Shown piece after piece: positions 24,301 through 34,017 of a DNA stretch of 64,000 bases. Source of the stretch: Malacoraja senta (Eukaryota); NCBI GenBank assembly GCA_038087875.1, contig JAXLNO010002598.1, positions 1 to 64,000 on the forward strand. The letters are read 5' to 3'. The notes under the pieces are model-generated. The model did not search any database and was not told the DNA's origin. It saw only the letters and a list, made by a program, of their open reading frames with translations. Made by a program: the position numbers and the translations under genes. Every line of letters starts with the position of its first letter. The stretch's first letter is position 1.

Positions 24301-24705
24301 ATACCATTCGCTTTCTTCACTGCCTGCTGCACCTGCATGCCTACTTTCAATGACTGGTGTACCATGACACCCAGTTCTCGCTGCATCTCCCCTTTTCCTA
24401 GTCGGCCACCATTTAGAAAATAGTCTGCTTTCCTGTTTTTGCCACCAAAATGGATAACCTCACATTTATCCACATTATACTGCATCTGCCAAACATTTGC
24501 CCACTCACCCAGCCTATCCAAGTCACCTTGCAGTCTCCTAGCATCCTCCTCACAGCTAACACTGCCCCCCAGCTTAGTGTCATCCGCAAACTTGGAGATA
24601 TTGCCTTCAATTCCCTCATCCAGGTCATTAATATATATTGTAAATAGCTGGGGTCCCAGCACTGAGCCTTGCGGTACCCCACTAGTCACTGCCTGCCATT
24701 GTGAA
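21370..24705 (-). mobile_element. Stack of CR1 fragments, including a 340-aa RT-to-end ORF (23751-24773)
   Basis: ORFs 21587-22108, 22083-22424, 22722-23108 and 23751-24773 (VPQGSVLGP, FADDTKL). Confidence 0.92.
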
Positions 24706-25800
24706 AAGGACACTTCCCTACCATTCCTTGACCTCACTATCTCCATCGAAGGTGATAGACTCCTTACCGACATCCACTACAAACCCACCGCCTCCCATGG
24801 CTATCTGGACTACACTTCTTCCCACCCTGCTTCCTGTAAGGACTCCATCCCCCACTCCCAATTCCTCCGTCTACGCCGCATCTGCTCCCAGGATGAGGCG
24901 TTCCACACCAAGGCATCTGAAATGTCCTCATTCTTTAGGGAACGGGGGTTCCCCTCCTCCACCATAGATGAGGCTCACACCAGGGTCTCTGCCATACCCC
25001 GCAACACTGCTCTCTCTCCCCATCCCCCACTCACAACAAGGGCAGAGTCCCCCTAGTCCTCACATTTCACCCCACCAGCCGTCACATACAACAAGTGATC
25101 CTCCGTCAGTTTCACCACCTCCAACGTGACCCCACCACTCGCCACAGCTTCCCATCTCCCCCCATGTCTGCCTTCCGCAGACCGCTCCCTCTGTAACTCC
25201 CTTGTCAATTCTTCCCTTCGCTCCCATACCACCCCCTCCCTGGTACTTTCCCTTGCAACCGCAAGAGATGCAACACTTGACCCTTCACCTCCCCCCTCGA
25301 CTCCATTCAAGGACCCAAGCAGTCGTTCCAGGTGCGACAGAGGTTCACCTGCATCTCCTCCAACCTCATCTATTGCATCCGCTGCTCTAGATGCCAGCTG
25401 ATCTACATCGGTGAGACCAAGGCGATCGTTTCGCCGAACACCTCCGGTCGGTCCGCAATAACCAACCTGACCTCCCGGTGGCTCAGCACTTCAACTCCCC
25501 CTCCCATTCCGTATCTGACCTCTCTGTCCTGGGTCTCCTCCATGGCCACAGCGAGCAACACCGTAAATTGGAGGAAATGCACCTCATATTCCGTTTGGGC
25601 AGTCTACATCCTGGGGGCTTGAACATTGAATTCTCCCAATTCTGCTAGCCCTTGCTGTCCCCCTCCCCTTCATCATCCCTCTGGTTGTCTCCTCCCCTCC
25701 CCCAGCCCTCGGGCTCCTCCTCCGCCTTTTTCCTTTTTTCCTTTCTTCTCCCCACCCGCTATCAGTCTGAAGAAGGGTTTCGGCCCGAAACGTTGCCTAT
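24706..25800 (+). mobile_element. Penelope-like element, 3' portion (RT thumb/linker, GIY-YIG endonuclease, terminal repeat)
   Basis: LPFLDLTISI..YKPTASHGYLDYTSSHPASCKDSIPHSQFLRLRRICS; TCISSNLIYCIRCSRCQLIYIGET; hammerhead-like motif at 25767-25794. Confidence 0.88.
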
Positions 25801-25924
25801 TCCCGGGCCGGCAACCAACCAGCGCCCAGGGATCTTCGGAGTCCACGCCGGTGAGGAGGAGAAAGGTGTCTTCGGCGGGCGCCCCAGGTAAGCCCGCCCT
25901 ATCGGGTGGCTCGGCTCTGGGCAG

Positions 25925-26165
25925 CGGCCGGCGGGGCAGGGCGTGGAGCCGTGGCTGTGGTGGGGCCCGGTGCGGTGCGGTGCAGGGCGTGGAGCCGTGG
26001 CTGTGGTGGGGCCCGGTGCGGTGCAGGGCCTGGAGCCGTGGCTGTGGTGGGGCCCGGTGCGGTGCAGGGCCTGGAGCCGTGGCTGTGGTGGGGCCCGGTG
26101 CGGTGTGGTGCAGGGCCTGGAGCCGTGGCTGTGGTGGGGCCCGGTGCGGTGCAGGGCCTGGAGCC
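25925..26165. repeat. GC-rich ~41-bp minisatellite, about 6 copies
   Basis: Unit gcagggcctggagccgtggctgtggtggggcccggtgcggt. Confidence 0.95.
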
Positions 26166-26189
26166 GTGTGTGTTCGCGGTGCGAGCCCG

Positions 26190-26740
26190 GGCCCTGGTCC
26201 GTTTCTTGGTCCTCCAAAATATTCCAAATGGAATTTAAACTGGAGGTGGTGGAGGGAGGACTTAAGCCAGAAAGGGTTTTTGGGAAGAAAGAGCTACCTT
26301 AAATTTAGTTGCATCTGGTTGGGTAACTATGGTAGGGTGAAGATTATTCCATGCTTTAATTGTGCGGGGGAAGAATGAATTGCTGTACACATCTGTCTTG
26401 GTAGCTGGAATCTCAAATTGATCGAATGCCCTCGTCTGCTCCTAATTGGTTTGGGTTTGGTGTAGGTCTTGTAATCTATGTTGAGCTGACCATTTAACAT
26501 TTTGTAAAAACAGGTCAAACGGTGAGCTTCACGTCTGTCTTGGAGAGGGTTCCACCCCAGAGAATTAAGAAGTTTGGTAACACTCGCTTCTCTCTCATAG
26601 GTGTTAGTAACAAATCGAGCTGCCTGTCTTTGGACACGTTCGATGGAAGAAATGTTTTTATTTGTGTATGGGTCCCATGCTGCAACTGCATAGTCCAAAT
26701 GAGGTCTAACGAGGTTGCCGCGGAGAGTTGATGGCTCGAT
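26190..26740 (-). mobile_element. 3' fragment of a divergent CR1-group LINE, distinct from the dominant local CR1
   Basis: ORF 26327-26698: DYAVAAWDPYTNKNISSIERVQRQAARFV..SVTKLLNSLGWNPLQDRREAHRLTCFYKM; frameshifted toward an SFFPRTIKAWN motif. Confidence 0.8.
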
Positions 26741-26760
26741 ACATATCCGTAATTACCGTA

Positions 26761-26850
26761 GAGCTGGTCTGGGCTCGGCTGGTCTGGGCTGGGCTGGGCT
26801 GGTCTGTCTGGGCTGGGCTGGTTGGGCTGGGCTGGTCTGGGCTCGGCTCT
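26761..26850. repeat. Short (GGGCT/GGTCT)n pentamer repeat
   Basis: Direct inspection. Confidence 0.9.
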
Positions 26851-26974
26851 AGACACGGCTCTAGACATCAGGTCAACACCAATTTGAAATCCAAAAAGCG
26901 TTTTGGAACGTCGAGGTCACCAGTGCAGATTTGCAAATGTCGTGAATAACAGGATGCTTTATTCAGGCATTGTA

Positions 26975-27531
26975 AAGGCTCTGTCTCACGGGTTTGCGGT
27001 CATTGGCGGTGAAGCGCGGCGTCGCCGGAAGAGTGGACCGCACGGCAACCACGAGAGCACCGCACGGATGCTGCGCGGGGGCCGAGTGATCTCCGTACGG
27101 CTGGTTCCACGAGCTTGCGGCGTCGGGTGATGACGTCATCGCGCGACGCGCTACGCGATGACGTCTTTCGGATTGCGGGGCTGTGGCGGCGGCCGTGCCG
27201 CCCACGTGCCTCACTGGCGGCGGCTGTGGCGGCGGCCGTGCCGCACACGTGCCTCACTGGCGGTGAAAGTTCGACTCACGGCGCTCGTGCCGCACTGGCG
27301 CCGGCTGTGGCGGTGACCGTGCCGCACTCGTGCCTCACTGGCGGCCGCTGTGCGGTAGGAAATTATTTTTAGACATTGTTGACTTTTTGTGAGCACCGTG
27401 CGGTGTTGGGACCAACGCCGCACGGCCCCGGCGGTGTGCGTTTGACCGAACCCGCGGTCTCTGGCGGTCCACGAGCGATAGATACTTCCTGTATCACCGC
27501 CAATGACCGCAGACTCGTGAGACAGGCCTTT
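26975..27531. mobile_element. Non-autonomous DNA transposon (MITE), ~550 bp, ~37-bp imperfect TIRs, TA-flanked; copies at 34054-34604, 41130-41673, 47887-48443 and 60357-60894
   Basis: Left end TA|AAGGCTCTGTCTCACGGGTTTGCGGTCATTGGCGGTGA; right end reverse complement TA|AAAGGCCTGTCTCACGAGTCTGCGGTCATTGGCGGTGA. Internal GC-rich repeats and palindromes. Superfamily uncertain (PIF/Harbinger-like termini). Confidence 0.8.
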
Positions 27532-27641
27532 TAGTTGACAATACATGGACGTTTAACACTCTAACATAACAGTTGTAGTTGTTGAGAGGCTGTTGCCTCG
27601 TGGGCTCGGTTGTGCTCCTGCTGCGGTGGCAGGACACTCTC

Positions 27642-28354
27642 ATGAAGTCAGAGGAGGAGCAAGAGCCAGAGACAGAGAACGAGAGAGAGGGAAGGTCAGG
27701 ACTTATATACTGGGACACACCCAATATATCTCGTGACTCTTTCCCAGGGTTGCCGAGGGTTCGCATAGGAGGAGTGGCCTAACCATTAGGTGCCGCTACA
27801 ATACTTCTAATAAAATAAAAAAAATAAAAAAAATCATGCCTGACATCTTCTCCAGATGAAATCCCACGACCTGCCCAGTCTTTTCAGTAAGTTCCATCCT
27901 CTCAGTTATGCCGTTATTCTCATGAACATTCCTTGTGTTTTCCCCCATCGTTCCACATCTCGGCGGCTCTATCCGCTTTCTGTCTGCATGACAGTGGTGA
28001 TAAGAGTTGGGAAATGGGAATTATCAGAGGGTTACAGAAATTTGGAGAAATTCCCGGTGTAGGGATGAGGATGGTCCATCTCAATCAATTGAGATTTGTG
28101 TTTTATTTATTTCAGGAAGAAGCTGGGCGCAAGCGAAGGTAGGACATTGTCTTGATGGAAACATTGTACGTTTTTGTGGAACAACTCAAAACATTTCTAA
28201 TCCTCAGTTTATAACCAGCTGTTAAATATTTCCAGGGTTCGTGATGAAGCCAAACCACTGTCGGTGGTAAATGAAGCCTTGCCGATTGAAAAGTTTCATT
28301 GCCCTGTTTCGTTCAACACCACATTCAAAGAAATATCTGAGGACTTCAAGCAAG
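27642..28354 (+). other. Candidate small exons in the unique part of each unit (27642-27694, 27856-27886, 28116-28138, 28236-28354)
   Basis: Canonical sites: GAAG|gtcagg, cttctccag|, TTCA|gtaagt, tttatttcag|, GAAG|gtagga, atatttccag|, CAAG|gtagac. The last two blocks splice in frame to EEAGRKRRVRDEAKPLSVVNEALPIEKFHCPVSFNTTFKEISEDFKQ. No product recognised. Confidence 0.4.
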
Positions 28355-29474
28355 GTAGACCTTATACCTTTTCCATTATTCTTGTTTCTGACATCTTTAT
28401 GCCGTACACCTGACACCTAACACCTTATAATTTCCCAGCCTCGCACAGCCCGGTTTGAACTTCCCCACAAAATCCATAAACACAACTGCCCTGTCCCACT
28501 GAAATAATTTCCACGTACTTCGACACCATCCTATCCCCCCCTGTTCCAATCCATACCAACCTATGTCCAAGATACCTTACATTCCCTTCGTCCCTTTAAT
28601 GACTTCTGCTTTCAGAGCCTCCACCCCCTTATCTTTACCATGGACGTTCATTCACTCTACACCTCCATCCCCCACCAGGAAGGCCTTAAAGTCCACCGTT
28701 TCTTCCTCGACCGCAGAACAATCCAATTTCCCTCTACTAACACTACACCGCCTAGCGGAGCTGGTTCTCACTCTTAATAACCTCCTTCGAATCTTCCCAC
28801 TTCCTCCAAGTCCAAGGACCTATCCCCGAACTCTATCTCCATTACATTGATGACTGCATCGGTGCTACCTCCTGCACCCATGCAGAAATCATGGAGCATC
28901 AACTTCACCACTAATTTCCATCCTGCAATCAAAATCACCGACACCTCCCTCCCCTTTCTTGATCTTACATTCTCCATCACGGGAAATAGACTATCGATAG
29001 ACATCTATTACAAACCCACTGAATCCCACAACTATCTCAACAACACTTCTCCCTACCCTGCTTCATGCAAAGACTCTATCCCCTACTCCCAATTGGTCCA
29101 TCTACGCTGCATCTGCGCCCAAGATGAGGTATTCCATTCCAGGAAATCCGAGATGTCCTCATTCTTTAGGGAACTTGGGTTCCCCTCCCCCATCATAGAT
29201 GAGGCTCGCCCTAGTCACAACTTAGACAGAGCCACCCTTGTCCTTACCTTTCACCCCATCAGCCGCCACACACAGCACATAATCCTCCAAAATTTCCGCC
29301 ACCTCCAATGGTATCCCAGCACTAGCCACATTTTCCAATCTCATCCCCTTTCTACCTTCCGCAAAGACCATTCCCTCTGCACCTTCTTGGTTAACTCACC
29401 CCTTCTCACCTAAACCACCCCCTCCCCAGTACGTTCCCCTGCAACCGCAGAAGATGCAACACCGGTACCTATAC

Positions 29475-30378
29475 AATAGACAAAAAACAACAGGTGCAGG
29501 AGTAGGCCATTTGGCTCTTCGAGCCAGCACCTCCATTCAATGTGATCATGGCTGATCATCCCCAATCAGTACCCCGTTCCTGCCTTCTCCCCATATCCCC
29601 TGACTCCACTACCTTTAAGAGCCCTATCTTGAAAGCATCCAGAGAACCGGCCTCCCTCGCCCTCTGAGGCAGAGAATTCCACAGACTCGCTACTCTCTGT
29701 GAGAAAAAAATTTCTTCGTCTCCATTCTAAATGGCTTACTCCTTATTCTTAAACTGTGGCCTCTGGTTCTGGACTCCCCCAACATCGGGAACATGTTTCT
29801 TGCCTCTAGCGTGTCCAAATCCTTAACAATCTTATATGTTTCAATGAGATCTCCTCTCATCCTTCTAAGCTCCAGAGTGTACAATCCCAGCCGCTCCATT
29901 CTCTCAGCATATGACAGTCCCGCCATCCCGGGAATTAACATTGTAAACCTACGCTGCACTCCCTCAATAGCAAGAATCTCCTTCCTCAAATTAGGGGACC
30001 AAAACTGCACACAATACTCCAGGTGTGGTCTCACTAGGGCTCTGTACAACTGCAGAAGGACCTCTTTGCTCCTATATTCAATTCCTCTTGTTATAAAGGC
30101 CAACATGCCATTCGCTTTCTTCACTGCCTGCTGTACCTGCATGCTTACTTTCATAAACTGATGAACAAAGACCCCTAGATCCCGTTGTACTTCCCCTTTC
30201 CCCAACTTGACACACATTTATCCTCATTAAACTTCATCTGCCATGCATCTGCCCACTCCCCCAACCAGTCCAAGTCACCCTGCATTCTCATAGCATCCTC
30301 CTCACAGTTCACACTGCCACCCAGCTTAGTGTCATCTGCAAATTTGCTAATGTTACTTTGAATCCCTTCATCCAAATC
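29475..30378 (-). mobile_element. 5'-truncated CR1 nested in the Penelope element; copies at ~36545, 43618, 50361 and 62838 (the last with a ~350-bp deletion)
   Basis: ORFs 29690-30217 and 30175-30375 and their equivalents in each unit. Confidence 0.92.
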
Positions 30379-30937
30379 ATACCACCTCTCTTGACTCTGT
30401 CCAGGAACCCCAACTGTCCTTTCAGGTTAGGCAGAGGTTCACTTGCACCTCCTCCAACCTCATCTACTGTATTTATTGTTCAAGATGTGGACTCTTATAC
30501 ATCGATGAGACCAAAGGCAGACTGGGCGATCGTTTCGCTGAACACCTTCGCTCAGTCTGCCTGAACCTACCTGATCTCTCGGTGGCTAAAACTTTAATTT
30601 TCCTTCCCATTCCCACACAGACCTTTCTGTCCTAGGTCTCCTCCATTGTCAGAGTGAGGATGAATGCAAATTGGAGGAACAGCATCTCATATTTTGCTTG
30701 GGCAGTTTACAGCACAGTGGTATGAAATGTTGATTTCTCTAACTTCAGGTAGCCCCGGCATTGCCTCTCTCTCTTTCCCTCCCTACCCAAGTCACACTAG
30801 TTTCTCGTTTTCACCTAATAAATAGCTAACAATGGCCTGTTTAATCTCATCGTTATATTTTGCATATCTTCCATTCATTGTTCTTTATCTCTTTACATCA
30901 TCGCCTATATCTCTTGTTGCCCTTATCCATAACCAGT

Positions 30938-30965
30938 CTGAAGAAGGGTCTTGAACCGAAACGTC
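30938..30965 (+). ncRNA. Minimal type I hammerhead-ribozyme-like motif; unit copies at 38007, 45080, 51823 and 63944
   Basis: CTGAAGA-AGGGTCTTGAACC-GAAA-CGTC: both conserved core strands and a GUC triplet are present, but stems I and II are weak. Confidence 0.45.
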
Positions 30966-31024
30966 ACCCACTCCTTCTCTCCAGAGATGCTGCCTGTCCT
31001 GCTGAATTACTCCAGCTTTTTGAA

Positions 31025-34017
31025 TCTAGAACCATAACCATAACCATAACAGCACGGAAACAGGATATCTCGGCCCTTCAAGTCCATGCCGAACACTTAA
31101 AAAAAAAAAAAAATCTTTTTCTTTTTTTAAACTCCCCCCTAGTCCCATCTACCTGCACTCAGACCATAACCCTCCATTCCTTTCCCGTCCATATACCCAT
31201 CCAATCTATTTTTAAAGGATAACATCGAACCTGCCTCCACCGCTTCCACTGGAAGCTCATTCCACAGAGCTACCACTCTCTGAGTAAAGAAGTTCCCCGT
31301 AATGTTACCCCTAAACTTCTGTCCCTTAATTCTCAAGTCATGTCCCCTTGTTTGAATCTTCCCTACTCTCAATGGGAAAAGCTTATCCACGTCCACTCTG
31401 TCTAACCCGCTCATAATTTTAAAGACCTCTATCAAGTCCCCTCTTAACCTTCTGCGCTCCAAAGAATAAAGACCTAACTTGTTCAACCTTTCTCTGTAAC
31501 TTAGTTGCTGAAACCCAGGCAACATTCTAGTAAATCTCCTCTGTACTCTCTCTATTTTGTTGACATCCTTCCTATAATTAGGCGACCAAAATTGTACTCC
31601 ATACTCCAGAATTGGCCTCACCAATGCCTTGTACAATTTTAACATTACATCCCAACTTCTATATTCAATGCTCTGATTTATAAAGGCCAGCACACCAAAA
31701 GCTTTCTTTACCACCCTATCTACATGAGATTCCACCTTCAGGGAACTATGCACAGTTATTCCTAGATCCCTCTGTTCAACTGCATTCCTCAATTCGCTAC
31801 CATTTACCATGTACGTCCTATTTTGATTTGTCCTGCCGAGATGTAGCACCTCACATTTATCAGCATTAAACTCCATCTGCCATCTTTCAGCCCACTCTTC
31901 CAAATGGCCTAAATCTCTCTGTAGACTTTGAAAATCGACTTCATTATCCACAACACCACCTGTCTTAGTATCATCTGCATACTTACTAATCCAATTTTCC
32001 ACACCATCATCCAGATCATTGATGTACATGACAAACAACAGTGGACCCAACACAGACCCCTGAGGCACCCCACTAGTCACCGGCCTCCAACCTGGCAAAC
32101 AGCCATCCACCATTACTCTCTGGCATCTCCCATTCAGCCACTGTTGAATCCATCTTGCTACTCCACCATTAATACCCAACAATTGAATCTTCTTAACCAA
32201 CCTTCCATGAGGAACCTTGTCAAAGGCCTTACTGAAGTCCATATAGACAACATCCACTGCTTTACCCTCATCAATTTCCATAGTAACCTCTTCGAAAAAT
32301 TCAAGAAGATTAGTCAAGCATGACCTTCCAGGCACAAATCCATGTTGACTGTTCCTAATCAGACCCTGCTTATCCAGATGCTTATATATATTATCTTTAA
32401 GTATCCTTTCCATTAATTTGCCCACCACTGACGTCAAACTAACAGATCTATAATTGCTAGGTTTACTCTTAGAACCCTTTTTAAACAACGGAACATGCGC
32501 AGTACGCCAATCCTCCGGCACTATTCCCGTTTCTAATGACATTTGAAATATTTCTGTCATAGCCCCTGCTATTTCTACACTAACTTCCCTCAATGTCCTA
32601 GGGAATATCCTGTCAGGACCTGGAGACTTATCCGTTTTCATATTTTTAAAAAGTGTCCGCACCTCCTCTTCTTTGAATCTCATAGTTTCCATTGCTACTC
32701 TGCTTGTTTCCTTTACCTCACATAATTCCATATCCTTCTCCTTGGTGAATACCGAAGAAAAGAAATTGTTCAATATCTCCCCCATCTCTTTTGGCTCTGC
32801 AGATAGCTGTCCACTCTGACTCTCTAATGGACCAATTTTATTCCTTGTTATCCTTTTGCTATTAATATAGGTGTAGAAACCCTTTGGATTTACTTTCACC
32901 TTACTTGCCAAAGCAACCTCATATCTTCTTTTAGCTTTTCTAATTTCTTTCTTAATATTCTTTTTACATTCTTTATACTCCTCAAGCACCTACTCCATTT
33001 ACTCCATGCTGCCTATAATTATTGTAGATCTCTTTTTCCGAACCAAGTGTCCAATTTCCCTTGAAAACCATGGCTCTTTCCAATTTTTACTATTTCCTTT
33101 CAACCGAACAGGGACATAAAGATTCTGTACTCTTAAAATGTCACCCTTAAATGTCCTCCATTTCTCTTCTACATCCTTCCCTTAAAACAACATGTCCCAA
33201 TTCACTCCTTTTAAATCCTTTCGCATCTCCTCAAAGTTATCCTTTCTCCAATCAAAAATCTCAACCCTAGGTCCAGTTCTGACCCTCTCCATAATTATAT
33301 TGAAACTAATGGTATTGTGATCACTGGACCCGAAGTGCTCCCCGACGCACACCTGCCCTGTCTCATTTCCTAACAGGAGGTCCAGCACTGCCCCTTCTCT
33401 AGTAGGTACCTCTATGTATTGCTGAAAAAAACTATCCTGCACACATTTTACAAACTCCAAACCATCCAGTCGTTTTACAGAATGTGTTTCCCAGACTATG
33501 TGTGGAAAATTGAAATCTCCCACAATCACTACCTTGTGCTTACTACTAATATCTGCTATCTCCTTACATATTTGCTCTTCCAATTCTCGCTCCCCATTTG
33601 GCGGTCTATAATACACCCCTATAAGTGTTGCTACACCTTTCCCATTTCTCAGTTCCACCCAAATAGCCTCCCTAGACGAGCCCTCTAATCTATCCTGCCA
33701 AAGCACTGCTGTAATATCTTCCTTGACAAGCAATGCAACACCCCCACCTCTTGCCCCTCCAATTCTATCACCCCTGAAGCAACGAAATCCTGGAATATTT
33801 AGTTTCCAATCACAGCCCTCCTGCAGCCATGTTTCACTGATCGCCACAACATCATACTTCCAGGTGTCAATCCAGGGTCTAAGCTCATCCACCTTTCTTA
33901 CAATGCTCCTAGCATTAAAATATACACATTTAAGAAACCCACCACCACTTATTCTCTGTTTATTATCTTTTCTTCTTTCTCCCCTACATTTTGGGTCCGA
34001 GTGCTTCCCTTCTCTGC
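31025..34017 (-). pseudogene. Unit 1 CR1: complete but inactivated ORF2 (EN + RT), no ORF1
   Basis: ORFs 33182-33892 (EN, ends at premature TAA) and 31139-32989 (RT); (CCATAA)n tail at ~31030. Confidence 0.95.

Larger units (their letters stand above)
28430..31022 (+). mobile_element. Degenerate Penelope-like element split by a CR1 insertion (RT part 28430-29470, GIY-YIG/terminal part 30379-31022); repeated in every unit
   Basis: YIDDCIG RT motif, SLPFLDL..YKPTESHNYL..SCKDSIPYSQ linker, FTCTSSNLIY GIY-YIG lead-in, terminal hammerhead-like motif. Confidence 0.85.

Noticed and set aside
25673-26302. Repetitive 110-184 aa ORFs on both strands
   Set aside because: Translations of the 41-bp GC-rich minisatellite, which is poor in stop codons.
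26761-26850. GGGCT pentamers resembling an immunoglobulin switch region
   Set aside because: Only ~90 bp with a single AGCT hotspot and no Ig constant exons nearby; treated as a simple repeat.
26941-27546. CpG-rich block as CR1 5' UTR/ORF1, or as coding ORFs
   Set aside because: It is bounded by its own TIRs, is not preceded by CR1 in unit 1, and has no ORF1-like protein. The short ORFs reflect GC richness.
28237-28344. Possible C/D-box snoRNA (GTGATGA 28241, CTGA 28337, 4-bp terminal stem)
   Set aside because: No recognisable rRNA/snRNA guide or clear C'/D' boxes, weak stem, and it overlaps a splice-flanked open block. Such motifs arise by chance; a snoRNA covariance search would settle it.
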